This document shows, one piece after another, positions 38,490 through 53,685 of a stretch of 64,000 bases of DNA. Under the pieces are notes generated by a model that did not search any database, was not told where the DNA came from, and was given only the letters and a program-made list of their open reading frames with translations. Numbering within the stretch: position 1 is the first letter of the stretch; the number at the start of each line of letters is the position of its first letter. This DNA comes from Octopus vulgaris. Taxonomy: Eukaryota. Both the position numbers and the translations under genes were made by a program. The stretch spans positions 131,254,001 to 131,318,000 of the forward strand of contig OX597815.1 in the NCBI GenBank assembly GCA_951406725.2. Direction: 5' to 3'.

Positions 38490-40437
38490 TATGTATGTAT
38501 GTATGTATGTATGTATGTATGTATGTATGTATGTATGTATGTATGTATATATGTATGTATTTGTGTGTGAGGGGGAGAGAGCGAAAGAAGATATAATCCC
38601 CTGGTCATTGTCATCGTCGTCGATGTCGCCGCCAGCGACCACTTTTTGGAAACTTTTCGACAGTCTCCGGTCAGAAAATAATTCCATATTAAAGCGGGTG
38701 TTGCCGACAAGGGGAGTTGTAGTCATCAGTCTTTCTCATCGGGCTCTGCGGTAAACAAAACAATACGAAAACTGTATGAGTTAAAACTGTAAATTAAGAG
38801 CGGAGTGTATTGTCAAGCTGACAATTTCAGTAAAATAGAGTTATGTCTCTTGTTAATAGTAGCAAATCAAATATAGCAATATATGAATTCAGCCATTATT
38901 CCTTTCGTTTTACATCTCACTGTACATTGAATCAAACAAAATAAATTGAAATAAACTTGTTGATTTGGTCATTTTTTTTTTACTGTTGAGATTTTGTGCT
39001 TTAAAGAATTACCGTTTATCTTTGATTTTGTTTCTGAAAAGTGACAGCAGTCTAGCTTTATCTATGAGAAATAGACTTGTATATAAATAGTTTCTGTAAG
39101 ATAAACCAAACAGAAGAAATAACTTTGGAAAGAAATAATACAAGATAGAAGTACGTCAGCGTTTTCAAAGCTGCTCGTTGTAACTGCTAAATCAGAGGTA
39201 TAATAATGTAATTTTCTATCTTGTACTTGTAGGGGGTCTCCTTTTCTCTATTCTCATTTGTATCATAGCCTATAATTGTCTAAGATTTACAAAAGCATAG
39301 TAGGTTTTAAAATTATAGTAACTAAGATGTGTCGAGAAATACTTTCCAGTTCCAGATAAATCATACAACAGAATGTTTAACTATTATTAATTCTATTGTT
39401 ATACGTATTTTATCTTCTAAAAATTCTTACAATAACACTGTACGGAATAATATTGCTGATCAATAAGTATTTTCTTTCCACTTTCTACGTAATTTCTGGA
39501 ACAAACAACATAAAAAGTTGGAATTTGAATACATTGCGTATGATATCGAATCGAGTTGATGTTATTTAATTTTAAAAGCTGGAATGCGCATTTTAACTTC
39601 ACATAATTCCATGTTGTATTTTTAATAACTACCATAATTTACTTACGTATACGAAAGCATGTTTTTACATAAATGAAAGGCAAAATACGCGGAAATAAAT
39701 GAATTGAAATATTCGATCTACCTAAATATAAAATTACAGGGAAAATGTCCACGAGTTTAGTAATGAAAAATTACTGTTAATTATATAAAAATAGAATTAG
39801 AATAATAATTTTAAAATGAGAGTATTTTCATTCTCTTAGAACGTTTTTTTTTTATTCAAATTTGAAATATCAGTAATTTTAGAATATCTGAAATTTTAAT
39901 TTCAGATGATTCCTTAGCTGATTTCACAGCAATCATCACAAATACAATTTTCAATATTTTCATTTGAATACAACAAAATTTTATCTGGAACACTGGAAGA
40001 CATTATTTTCGTGTTATAAAATAAAAAAGAGATTCGTAAAACATAATTTTCCATTTATGTATATTTAACTTAAATTTCTTTTAAATGTACAAAAAGGGAA
40101 AATAAATTATACCAAATATTGTGGCTCATATAAGATGTTAAAATGAAGTATCTTCTCAGAAATATTAAATTAAAGTTGGAAATAAATAAAATTGATTTAT
40201 ATGCACAATTCCATTTTGTCTTGACAGGAAGAATCCTATAGACAGTTATAAGAAGTGACGCTTTTATTTATAAATTTGATTTTGACAAAAGCAGAAATAA
40301 AAATTGAAACCATTTGGAAAAAAGGCAATTTGTTATACTCATCCAATGTACGGAAAGGAATAAAAATAAATAACAGAAGGAAATTATAAAAAATAGCAAA
40401 ATCAATGGGGAAATGAAAGTTGAAATATATTGGCAGA

Positions 40438-40880
40438 TACATATTGCAATGGTTTAGACCTGCAATATACTTCAATGTACATTATTGTATAACTTTATTG
40501 TGAGGTAGTGACTGGAAGGTAAAAGAGTTAAAATTGATTTGAATAGGTGGCTCGTTTTCATTTGTAACTACAATTTAATACTTTACTATGAGCCACAAAT
40601 GCCTATGATGATAAAGTAGGGGGGCATCTAGGTGAAATGTCAGTGGTTTCTAGCCTATCACCAGTACTTTGCAGTACCTGTGTCCGAAAATCTTGATTCT
40701 TAATAGCGTAATCAAGAGCCATTGAAAGTATAGTAAAGTATTAAATTGTAAGTAAAACTGAAAACGAGCCACCTATTCAAATCAAGTTTAACTCTCTTAC
40801 CTTCCAGTCACTACCTCACAATAAAGTTATACAATAATGTATATTGAAGTATATTGCAGGTCTAACTTTTGCAATATGTA
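40438..40880. mobile_element. Fold-back element with ~150-bp inverted arms
   Basis: Arms 40438-40589 and 40730-40880 are highly similar reverse complements with TA at the outer ends. Confidence 0.85.
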
Positions 40881-43094
40881 ATAAGTACTACATGGGGTGA
40901 GATGGCTTATTACTTTAATGAATATTTCATTTGTTAGGATTAATACAGCTAAATCATTGTAGAATATAGTTAACATGACCATGTAATATAACTGAGATAT
41001 CTTCTGTACTAATATTAATTTCTAAACTCTTAACTTCATCTGACATTTATTATTTTGTTCTATGTCATGAAAAAAGGACTATCTTCAAGTGCTCTATGTT
41101 TACAACATATAAGCGTATCTCTAGGCAGCCTTCAAACTCAGAAACTTTATTTCGTCTTCATGAATTTCAATGCTACAATCACACACGTAGAATTGTTTAC
41201 ATGTAGCAATAAAATATCGGGAATATTTGAAGAATTTACTCTAGAAAACATAGTCTAGAACAGCAAAAACAAAAATTATGAACAATGAAATTAATAGAGA
41301 AAATGGCTCATTCATTCTGATGCCTCTGTTTTGAAGTCTATCACTTTCACCTCAAATTAAATATGAAGAGGTGAAATTTACTGGTTATTGTCGAAAACAA
41401 ACAATTTATATTCTTTAAACTTTTAATTTTGCATTCATGAATTTTTAGAATTATGTTCTTTGTATAGTATATTAGCAATTATTTTTATTTGTATTTTGAA
41501 AGTACGCATACAATGAAAACAAATGGGAAATGGAAAGCCATACATGGAATTGTTAAGACGAACAGTATGCATTTGGATAAAAATTGAGTCATGAATGTTC
41601 TAAGGCCATGAATTAAGTTAGACATTCCCAACAAAGCAAAATCTAGACTGAAATATTTGACGCAAGTAGTGGTCATTCAAAATAAAAGGAAAGAAATATG
41701 AAAGAATGACTTATAATCGTGATATTCAAATTGAAAATGAAAATGGTAATATATAACTACTCTCTTCATGTAAAACTGTTATAGATGTTGACATCTAGTG
41801 GTTGACATCTAGGTCTGTGGAATATAACTTTAGATGTTTATAAACTATGAAATCATTATTTGTACGAGGAAAGTAATAAGAGATATGTATTAAAATCCAT
41901 TTAAGGGACAGTTTTTATCGCCTGTCATCCATTACCTTCAATGACAGGCAGCAATCCACTTTGAATTGCGGCCTGTAATCTTTGTATTTATTTATTTATC
42001 CATTTATTTATTTAGTTATTTATTGATAAAGGATTATGCATAAAAATATATTCTGACAGCTCATATTCAAGAATATCGAAATATATTTCCATAAGAATGT
42101 ATCAAGTTGACCTTAGCAAGGTCAGCTTTACTAAGATGGTTGCTATTCAGATTTCTTCAGCTCCCCTTCAGATGAACTCTAGCCTGACATAAGAGCTAGG
42201 GGTCTCAACCATTTTTATTTGAAATGCATTTAGGATAATGATGTAGTCAGTAGGTTCAGCAATATTCAGTTAGAAGGCATTTATTAGCTTCTTTGCTTGT
42301 TCTTATCAAGTCAGGTCTTCTCTAGTCTTTGAAGCAATACGTTAAATGTTGAAGATTCACTTAATTTCTTCTTTATTTTCCTTAAATTTCTCAAGGTATA
42401 CACAAAACTAGATATTCGTATTTTACAGAGATTCCTTATTTGATATTTACTCTAAGACATAGTGCAATAAACTTTGGAATTTTCCAAGGCTCCGAGATTG
42501 TTCACGTTGGTTCTATATCTTACTTGATAAACATTTTTTCCCCCAGTATATAGGATCTTTTTCTCTAATTTTGTTAAAAAGCCGAAAAAGTCACTGTATA
42601 ACGAATGCGATAGCAATGTTCAGTCTCGTATTATTATGTTTTCTGTGGTAAACTATTTTCATATTATTGTATTCATTCATGTTAGTCTACATTATTTTTT
42701 AATGTGTAATTTCTGTTCATCATTTTCCTATCATTAGATAAATATAATTTTATAGCCTTCTTGAGATGTTACATTGTATTACGAATGAGGTGCTTAACGA
42801 AATATATCTGTCAATATCATTTTAATAATAATGATTACTTTGAACATTACAATGGATATACGAATCTCTGGACAATAGATACTATATTTAGACTTAAATG
42901 TAGACCACTGTCTCTTAAGATATGATACGGCAATATTTTTGTGTGGCGTGGGTAACTCCAGACTGGAGTGTAACAATGAATAAACATTGCATTAAAGTTT
43001 AATTGTTTTGAATACACATACACACACGTGTATGTTTTCTCAACTATATATATATATATATAGACATATATATGTATGTATATATATACAAGCA

Positions 43095-43415
43095 TGGGTG
43101 TGTGGGTTAACAATTTATTCCCCAACCTTGTGGTTTCAAGTTCAGTCGAATGATTTTGGGGAACGGAAACTGTGTGGGAGCCAGTAATATATATACGTAT
43201 GTGTATCGGCGCATCTTAACATTTGTTCTCAAGCCACTTGACAAGGGATGTCACTTTGTTTATGACCCTATAACTTAGTGGTTCGGCAGAGAGAAACCAC
43301 CAGAATAAGTACCAGACCACTGGTACTATTAGCACTGGGTTGATTTTATCGATCAACCTCTTCGAGATGTTGCCCCAGCATAATTGTAGTCCAATAACTG
43401 AAAAGAATAAAATAA
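43095..43415 (+). mobile_element. SINE family B, diverged
   Basis: CCCAACCTTGTGGTTTCAAGTTCAGTC...TAACTTAGTGGTTCGGCA...CCCCAGCAT. Confidence 0.7.
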
Positions 43416-44099
43416 TATATTTGCTACATGCCTACATATTAACATTATCTGCTCATTGTTGGGTGCTAGCTTATTTTTTAAAAAATCGTTTATTTTGGGG
43501 GTATGGTACAACAAAGAGTGTCTTACACTGACGCTGAACATTAAGTAAACCCCGTGCATCGTTATAAGAGTACAATTTATCATTTTTCTTACCTACAATA
43601 CAAATAAATTTAATTAACATCATTATTGAATTTCATCGGTCACGTGCTGATTTCTAATACAACATTGGATACACCTGTAAGTTATTGAGATATGTTCATC
43701 ATCGTATATTGTGGTTGTAGAATTGTGTTTATAAGCTACAATTTTTTTTCATTTTTGTGGAAGTGGTTTCTTTTCTTCTCATCTAATTGTTTTGCGTGTT
43801 ATTATATTTTATAAGTGGCGCGTTGGTTGTTTAATGTGTCTTAGTATCAGATGGTTAGCGAGCTGAATATGTACAGCGTGGGTTGTATACCTATTATCTA
43901 GTGGCAATAAACTTTTCAAGTTGTTCATATTTGTTTTGTCATACTGAGTTTTCCAATTATTATTGGCACTGCCTCCAGTTTCATTCTTCATATTCTGCTT
44001 ATTTTGTTTTGCCGAACTTTTGTAATTTAACACTTTCTTTACTTCCTATTAAGATATGGTTTGGTCAGCATAAAACAAATTCTCCACCAGTGTATATAA

Positions 44100-44835
44100 A
44101 TTTCCATTCTCGGCCTTGACAATTATCTCTGCACTGTCAGCCGCAAGCAGTGTTCATTACTTCAAAGATCGTTGACTTCGAAACCTGCCTTGAGGATTTG
44201 CTGCGACTGTCGACTGGAAACAGAGTTTCTACGAAAGAAACAAAACTTTTGTAGATAATGTAGCAAAGGTGTTGAGCTGTATGCGATGAAAAAAGGCTGG
44301 TACTAGATAGACTGCTCTAAAAAGTTTTTCACATATCAGATTCCTTCAATACTGTCCAGATAGCATTTTTTTGTTGTAACTGGCAGCAACTTTCATCTTA
44401 GTCTTTTACAATATCTTTTACTCTCTGGTCAGGCCCAAATATTTTTCATTTTTCTCAATTTATTTGGTATCCATTCTGTTATCATAAGCTAGTGCAAAGT
44501 GTATGAATTTAGACTGCTCTTGGTTTGTCTTCTGCAATTGTATCTAGTATTGCTGATTCAATAGCACACGTTTATACGAGAAAATTTTATAAACTTTTAT
44601 AATTATTATCCTTCATTATAGCTTCTGGTTCGTATTCATACCATTTTTCTGTTACTTTGAATACACATACAAGGTTAAAATCTCAGTACACTCTTTTACT
44701 GACACGGTTACGGCTGCGATTATACTCTTTTTGTGCTAGCTTACAGCATTCATTTAAGAGATGGTTAATACTCCTGTCTCCTTTCTCTTTCTGAGTTTTA
44801 TTAACCTTTATTTTTATCAAATTCTAATGGCTTGT
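44100..44835 (-). mobile_element. Highly decayed RLE-type LINE 3' part
   Basis: Minus strand reads CCKLAQKEY...EKWYEYEPEA with many stops. Confidence 0.65.
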
Positions 44836-44840
44836 TTCAA

Positions 44841-44957
44841 TTCTTCTTCTTCTTCTTCTTCTTCTTCTTCTTCTTCTTCTTCTTCTTCTTCTTCTTCTTC
44901 TTCTTCTTCTTCTTCTTCTTCTTCTTCTTCTTCTTCTTCTTCTTCTTCTTCTTCTTC
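44841..44957. repeat. (TTC)n microsatellite
   Basis: Pure array. Confidence 0.98.
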
Positions 44958-46660
44958 TCCTACACTCAACAGATTAGACTGTTGGAAAAGAAAAGAATCC
45001 TAACATCGGGCAACAACAAGTAGCCTTAGATGCCAAGAACCCTCCTAAATATCCTAGCTGTCCCTAATAACACTGTTTTCTGCAGCTGTACTAAACTGGG
45101 TTTTATTCCTATTTCCTCTATCCCTCTGTTCAGATATTTAGGTTTAGTTGCCAATGCACCTATAACTACTGGGATACATTCTACTCGCACTTTTCATAGC
45201 CTCTGTGTAATTCAATAGCTAGGTCCGGGTACTTTCCTATTTTTATCTATACTTCTCATATTAATTTTTCAGTATATGGGCCTGTAAAGTCAATTATCTG
45301 GCACGTTTTATTATTTTTATCTACTACAACGAAATCAGGCCTTCCAGCTTCTATTACGCTGTCAGTCTGAATGTTAAAGTCCAACATCTTGTATTTCTTA
45401 CTTTCTACCACTTTACTAGGTTCATTTTCATACCATTTACCAATAAGTTCAAATCCTAGCTTTCTACAAAGCTCCCAGTGGATTGCTCACCCTAGATTGT
45501 CATGTGTTTCCTTGAAGTCTTTCTGCGCCAGTATGCTACATTCACTTACTATATGAGTAATGCTTTCCTCTTTAGATTTGATTCACCTACATTGGGAATC
45601 TACTTGGTTTTCGTCTATCTTGGCTTTTATCCAATTAGTTTGTAATGCTTGATCTTGTGCAGCTACTAACAAACTTTCTGTCTCCCACTTCAGCTTTCCC
45701 TTCTGCAGCCATAACCATATCTCAGTACTACTATTTGCTGAAACTATCCTTGGGAATCTACCATGTCTTGTGACTCTAACAGCTTTTAATAAACTTCCTT
45801 CATATATACTATATCTACTTTAGCTAACTCTACGCAATCATCCACTGATATTAACCTTCTTCCACCTTCCTTTCTAGGTAGGTATAATCTTGCTACCTCT
45901 GCCCCTGTGTGGAGTCCTCTGTTCATATTGAATTCCTTCCCAGTTTTCTGTCTAGCTTTGCTATTTCAGTTTTTGTCCAATCTACAAAAGCTGAGGAGTA
46001 TCAAAGTAATGATACTGCCCAGTTATTTACAGCCTTCACTAGATTCGGACCATCTAGATTTGAATTCATTAGCTTCATCACTCTTCTGATGTACACCTTC
46101 TCAATTTTCGTTTTCATTTCTAAATTTCGTACTCTGAGAGATTCTAATACTCCTAGATACTGATAACTCTCTCCTCCTTTCAATGATTCTAACGTCTGGC
46201 CATCTAGTAATTGGATGCCTTCACTGTTGACTACCTCTCCCCTTCTCATGACTAATATTGCACACTTATCTATGTCAAATTCCATGCCTCTATCTTCGCT
46301 GAAGTGTCTTGCAGTCTGTATTAAGGAATCTATCTTTTTTTTTTATTCTTAAGCTTGAGATCCTCCATAGGTGAGCAAATAGTTACTTTTTTGCTTACCA
46401 ATTCTGAACTGATACCCTGCTTTTGCGTTCCTTAATATTAAACTGACGGGGGCGAAACATAAGACAAATATTAAAGGCGAAAACGAGTCCCCTTGGAAAA
46501 TTTCTCTTTTGATATTAACTTTCCCTAAGTGTGTGTCGTCACCTGAATATAGATCTATTTTCCATTTCGTCATGCTAAAGTTAATTCTCTTATGTTGTCT
46601 GCTATACTGAATATACTCAAACATTAACTTATCCATGAGTGGGATCACGTCACATTTAAC
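44958..46660 (-). mobile_element. RLE-type LINE (R4/Dong-like) RT to 3' end, decayed
   Basis: IFQGDSFSPLIF, MEFDIDKCA, YQYLGVLE, LYLPRKEGG, ETESLLVAAQDQALQT, LLGTARIFRRVL*. Confidence 0.9.
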
Positions 46661-46711
46661 TTCGTTCGGTTTTTGATTCCCTTATGCCTTGCGGTGATTC
46701 TAGCTGTTTTA

Positions 46712-47011
<300 letters not shown>

Positions 47012-47215
47012 TCGGTGAGCTAGAAGAATCATTAGCACGTCAGGAAAAATGCTTGTCCGTTTTTACGTTCTGAGTTCAAATAAAACTGAAGTCGACTTCG
47101 TCTTTCATTCTTTCGGTGTCGATAAAATAAATACCCATCGAGTACTGGGGTCGATTTAATTGACTTAGCCTCTGTCCCGAAATTGCTGCTGTTGTCTCAA
47201 AATTTTAAACCGTTA
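47012..47215 (+). mobile_element. SINE family A
   Basis: CGGTGAGCTAGAAGAATC...GTTCTGAGTTCAAAT and core. Confidence 0.8.
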
Positions 47216-47647
47216 TTGTTGTTATTATTTTCATTATTATAATTCGACATTTGATAGTTTCAGGATAATTTTTCTATAATCTTTGTACTTCTACCCCGGT
47301 TATGAAACACATGCACACTAAAAAAAAATTATCTAAAATGTATATTCATATTCAATCACCTCTTTATAATATAATTTTTAAACAAATATTATTGTGGGCA
47401 TGTAGCCAATAATTATCTTTCTTCTTATTTCACTCTTGCTCCTGTTTGTCTTGATTGATGCATTTAAATGTCAATGCAAACAGTTCTGAGAATCAATGGT
47501 GCTAGCTACTGTTTTGGATTGTTGCTTAGTTACTGTGAAAATATTTGGTTTCCTTAAAGTGTTTCTTTACAAAGAATTTATCCATAAATCTACTTCGATG
47601 CAACACTTTATAAATATTATACATTTATTTATTCATAATTCACATTA

Positions 47648-47900
47648 GTGAAGGTGCGTGGATTAGTGACTAGAGATATTTGGATCACGATTGTTGGGTC
47701 GGGACTTCAATTCCCGGCGACGAATTATGTCTTTGGGCAAGATACTTTATTTCACGTTGCTACAGTTCACTCAGCCGGCAAAAATGAGTTGTATCTCTAT
47801 TTCAAAAGGCCAGCCTTGCCACATTCTAGTCATGTTGAAACTTCCGTTGACCGGATCAACTGGATCATCATTGTAACCGACGGAGGGCCAATTTACATTG
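47648..47900 (+). mobile_element. CORE-type SINE (family C)
   Basis: TTGGGCAAGATACTTTATTTCACGTTGCTACAGTTCACTCAGC. Confidence 0.78.
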
Positions 47901-49929
47901 CAAATTAGAAATATAAGAAATCAAGTGTAAGTGAATTCATTGAATATATTTGTGAAAATAAAGCATGTACCTCAATATAATAAATTTATGTATAGAATGC
48001 CAAATGTGGTTATGCCGTCTTTTATTCTGGTATGATGTAAATTATGTACCTGGCACTAATTTATCAAAAATCTTGTCTAGCTTTCAGGATGTTAAATTGC
48101 ATCTCTGAATGATAAACTATACTTGGTTGCAAAGAGTACATTTTGTTGCTACAGTAAGCTCCAACTGTCATTGTAATGCAATCAACTGTAAATATGTCTA
48201 CAATAAAACAAAACATTATTATAACATCCATCTAGAAATACTCATCCTGTCACTCAGTTTAGACAGACATAAAAGTCATATACAGATGCAGAGCAGCATT
48301 TAAACCTCAGACCTACAGAAACAGATTGGACAAAAGGAGAAAGCAACATTCATAGACTACAACCTTGAATCCCATATACAGATCTACCACATATAACCCT
48401 CAATCACACAGTGGAAAGTTTCTAGAGAAATGGATATATGGCTCATAGCTAGTATTTTGTATGATTATCTTTAGGTATATTGCTAAGGATGAACTGGAGT
48501 GATATAACAATAAAATATTAATGTTCTACAAAACCTCATAGACTTGAGTGTTTGGGTCTGCGTTTCTTAACCAGGCGTTTATTTTGCATTATATATCTTT
48601 TGATCGAGTTCAAAAGCAAGTTTCTAATATATGTTTGGTCTTGTTTTGACAGTTAAACAGCGACTCCTGTCTCATAGTCAAGAAGCATTCTTCCTTATCT
48701 CTGTCCTGTAAATAGTTCCATTGTCATTGCTCTGCCAAACTTGCTTAACTTGTACTTCCTCTCAATGCTACTAATGAAATACTTGTCTTTTTACTAATTT
48801 CCTCCTTTTCAATGTAGCTCTCACTTACTGTAAGAAGTGTTTCTGTTCTATACTAGTACCCTGCCTCGAACATTTGCCCTATAAAACTCTTTCGCATTTT
48901 TTGTTTCCGAGATAAATATGATATTAATTTAATGAAATTTTACTGTGATGTTTTCAGAATTCAAATAGGATTCTCATTAGATTTTATGGGTTTTCTTTTG
49001 TAACTCACAACATACTAAATGGTTGCTTGAGATCTGTTTTACTGCTAGCTGCTTGTCGTCTAGCTGGGATTGACTTCCATTAACAGATAAAGCGATTTTT
49101 AAAAATATTTTCAACTTTATCTATCAGTGAATGTGTTCGCATTGAATTCTTGCAATAATATTTCAAACATACATAGGTTAAACCCTAAGAATACAGAAAA
49201 AGAACTTATAAAGAAAAACGTATGTGAAAAATAAAGTTTTTAATTTAATTGGTATTAGATATAATTAGTGAATCTATACTTAAGGAATTCTCACATAACA
49301 ATTATTAAGGGAAACATTTATTCAATAAAATTAGAAACTGTTGTATGCGAGAAGGGGAAACTTTTAGGACAGTATAATTCCCTTCATGTCCAAACATAAT
49401 GTTATATAGTAGTGCTTTATGATTGATGTATACCGAAAACATTAAGTACAATGTGAAATCTATTTGGAGATATGTGTAACCATTTGAATATTTGCTTATA
49501 TTTCACGGCAGAAATATTATAAGCAAATACCTTTCCTGGTTTTTCTGACATAACAAGTAGAAACTTAGAAATGCTGTATAAAATCCCAACAGCCTGAACT
49601 ATGAATGCCATGTACCAATATCCTATCAAATTGGATGTAAAAAAAAAAGCAGAAAGAAATTTACAAAGAAGAAATTCACTAACTGATGAGACAGACCTGA
49701 TAAACAAGTGACTACAACTTTGCATAATATCAGTATTCACACACAAACATCAGAAACAGAGAAAATTAAAATCCATATCAATTTTCACCTTCCAGCAAAG
49801 TTCTAGCCAAGAGGATTCATTGACTCTAAATATAATATATCAGAATAGTTTCCAAGTGTATTACTATGCATTGTACATTCCTAACTACTGAGAACAATCT
49901 AAAAGCTGCATGAATTAAACAACCGCTGG

Positions 49930-50110
49930 AAGCACAAGACCTCAAATTTGGGGTAAGGGATTAAGTTGATCAAATCGACCCCAGTGCGTAACTGGTATTT
50001 ATTTAATCGACCCAGAAAAGATGACTGGTAAAGTCAACCTCGGCGAAATTTGAACTCAGAACTTAGCGATGGGAGAAATACCGCTAAGCATTTCGTTCAG
50101 CGTGCTAAAG
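49930..50110 (-). mobile_element. SINE family A
   Basis: AAAGTCAACCTCGGCGAAATTTGAACTCAGAAC. Confidence 0.8.
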
Positions 50111-51290
50111 GAACTGCATTTATAATATCCCTTGTATTTAAAGAAAATCTTACAGAAATAAAATGTCAAAATCAGAAATGGCCAAACAACACCAACCGTT
50201 CCTAAGAAACAGATTTTGTTTTTGCGAGCAAATAGTGCTCGTCAGGAGAAATTGCCCTTTATTAACCAGGTTGACCAGGTACTTTATATGCGCACAATAA
50301 AAGATCTTGGCACACTGATTTTCATCTGTATTTCCTTTGTTATTTCTTCTAATTCTCAGAGAATACCGAATGGAAAAGTTTCTCTTTCGGGACCTAACAT
50401 TACATATCAGATGGCTGGATGGACTCTCTTGTCGCTTCGGCGAATGAGGGTTTAGAAAATCACAGCTGTAAAACGACAAGCGCCCATCACCCTATGGTGA
50501 TAATTTTCACCAGCATCTGCTACCCATCCCCGTCACTTCCTTGCTTATCACCGCAGGACGTATTGAAGAAGGGGTGATGCTACTGGAGCGGGTGTCTTGG
50601 TTTGATAAACAACCAGCACGATGTATTTTATTACTATAATGGGCATGCTTGGTGCTATCTAGCCTGCACACACAGACACACACGCGCGCGTGCACGCACG
50701 CACGCACACATACGTTGTTGAATAAAAATATTCATAAGCTTTCGAAAGAAAGTGAAATAATTTTTGGAACTGGATCTCGAAGCACATATAAAGCTATAAA
50801 TAATAAGCTTGTAAATATTTACATCGATTTATATGCACTTTGAGATTCAGTTCCCAAAATGTTATATATATGCATATATCTACATAACACACACAACACA
50901 CACACACTCATACGCGCGTGCGCGCACGCACACACACAGAATTTTAAATATGTTTGCAACATATTTCAGCTGCTATAGGCAAATTCACTGCATTCATCGC
51001 GGAGACAATTCTCATTTATTGTAAAAAAAAGGTGTAAAAACACCGTAAGTGTCCAGTGTTGCCACCTCTCAAATTCCCAGACATCGATGCTTCTAGCACT
51101 TTAGCTGTTATCAAAGGGAAATACTAGAGAGAGCCAACTCAGAACAGACCTAGTCAAGCTGTGGCTTCAAGTAAAACACAGTCAGCAAAATTAACTGATT
51201 CCTGCTACTAGACCATCAAGATCGTTAAAATTTAACTAACCTAAATTTGAAATATATTACAAACATATTTTAAAGATCGCATATATACAT

Positions 51291-51327
<37 letters not shown>

Positions 51328-51371
51328 GTGTGCGCGCGCACACATACATCTATGTTTATTTCCTCGTGTTC

Positions 51372-51408
51372 CTTTCTGTTGAAGAGCGTAGGCTCAAAAG
51401 ATAACAGA
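51372..51408 (+). ncRNA. Hammerhead-like motif, CUGUUGA core, decayed
   Basis: cttt CTGTTGA a gagc gtag gctc AAAA ga TA acag. Homologous to 53373 and 58911. Confidence 0.45.
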
Positions 51409-51493
51409 TTTTCTCACCTTCCAGAGCGTTAAACTAATACACCTGTTATTTGTTTATACACCTGTCTTTGTCTTTTGTTTTTCTGTAAATTTC

Positions 51494-51565
<72 letters not shown>

Positions 51566-51658
51566 GGAGGGGGGGGCGTGTGTGTGTATACGTATATATA
51601 ATATTTTGATAACTGAATCTCGAAGTGAATGTAAATCTATGTACATATTTGCACATGT

Positions 51659-51704
<46 letters not shown>

Positions 51705-51937
51705 AGATAAGAAAATGGAGAAATACATTTAAATCAAATATCAATTACCAGATAATACTCAATCACATACTTTATTAAACCACCACATAAGAGACTGTAG
51801 GGTTAAACATAAAAAAGCAGAACAAATCAGTGTACATAAAGGAATGTACATAAAAAAGTGTACATAAAAGAGTAATAAGTAGAATATATATATAAAAGAG
51901 AATATAAATATAAGTAAATATAAATATAAGTATAGAT

Positions 51938-52070
51938 TACATCTTACAGCTGTTTCGGCCATGTAGATAAGTATGTCTCATTTTACCAATATTAGCCTTT
52001 TATAGTAGGTTAATTTATAGATATAAAAGAGACATTTACAAAAATATCATAAGGCCTCTTCAGAGATATA
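51938..52070 (-). ncRNA. Type I hammerhead ribozyme, intact core, ~90-nt helix II insert
   Basis: Minus strand reads tatatct CTGAAGA ggcc [92 nt] ggcc GAAA cagctg TA agatgta. Confidence 0.85.
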
Positions 52071-52759
52071 CATATACATATGAATGCATATACTCACACT
52101 CCTATACATATAAAAATATACATATACATAATGATGTAAATAAATAATATAAATTAGTAAACATATATATGTTCCACATTCAATGTTTCAGTTTTTCAAC
52201 TTAATATTGTGATAATAAACATACACATATTAGTACCTAGATGCAAATATACATAGTCAATAGTACATTATATTACTTCCTACTAAATTCCAAAGTGTCA
52301 CTAAAGTTAGCATCATTATCGTTGTCAATACCATTAATGCTACGATTATTGTCATTCATAATATTATTAATAACGCTTACATTAGGATCCAAAGTGGCAC
52401 ATATGTATGTCCGGGTTCCAGTTAGTAATTTTCCTTATGACATAAATACACTATTGGATTTGAATTTAAATTATCATTCTCTTCCTCACGGTTGGATCGC
52501 CGAGAGCTGCCCGACCTCCACCACACCACACAAGAAAAACATACACATCCACATCCAACCCTAAACCCACACGTCCACATAAAAACCCACACACACATGC
52601 ACGCACACATGAATACACTTCGACACATCACTACACATTCACTAGATTGCAGAGTGCATGTCTGTCATCGCATGGCTTATAGACAAATCAGTACAGGCAG
52701 CAGCGTCTATACACTAACACACACACTCACACGCACATCCTCATATACTCATAGTACTA

Positions 52760-52834
52760 CGGAGACGTAAACATACTAACAACGGTAATGCTGCTGGTGG
52801 TGGTGGTTGGGGCCAAACATAGACACAAAGAGAA

Positions 52835-52868
<34 letters not shown>

Positions 52869-53030
52869 GACGGGCTTCTTTCAGTTTCCGTCCACCAACT
52901 CCACTCACAAAGGTTTCGTCGGCTCGAGGTAACACTAGAAAAACTTGCCGAAGGTGCCAGGCTTTGTGACTGAACCCAAAACCATGTAATTGCCGAAGCA
53001 AGTTTCTTACCACACAGCCACACATGCGTC
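52760..53030 (-). mobile_element. SINE family B
   Basis: GACGGGCTTCTTTCAGTTTCCGTC...TTCTTACCACACAGCCAC. Confidence 0.8.
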
Positions 53031-53212
53031 TATATATATATATATATATATATAAAGATATATAATATATACACATATATACATATATATACATACATAT
53101 ATATATATATATACACATATATACATATATATATACATACATATATATATATATACACACATATATACATATATATATACATACATATATATATATACAC
53201 ATATATATATAT

Positions 53213-53265
<53 letters not shown>

Positions 53266-53372
53266 TATATATACATGTATATATCAATATAGTTGACATT
53301 TATAGAAAAAGAAAAGACGAGGACTAGTGTATAAACAACAAACAGGTGTATTAGTTTGACGCTCAGGAAAGT

Positions 53373-53408
53373 CTTTTACATTTCGTGCCTACGCTCTTCG
53401 ACAGAAAG
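53373..53408 (-). ncRNA. Hammerhead-like motif, CUGUCGA core
   Basis: Minus strand reads cttt CTGTCGA a gagc gtag gcac GAAA tg TA aaag. Confidence 0.6.
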
Positions 53409-53649
53409 GAACACGAGGAATTAAGCACACACATGCACACACACACACGCATGTGTATTTATATATGTATATATATATATATATATATATACAAACAAAT
53501 ATATACATACGTATATATACGCACACGCACATATATATATAGTTATGCATATATATACAATGTATATATAATAGATATATATATACATGTACTCCTAAGC
53601 TCCTCGGACATAAGGGGAAAACCACTTCTATTACTCACACACATACACA

Positions 53650-53685
<36 letters not shown>

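Noticed and set aside
49417-49746. 109-aa minus-strand ORF
   Set aside because: No recognisable domain or splice context, and its length is compatible with chance.
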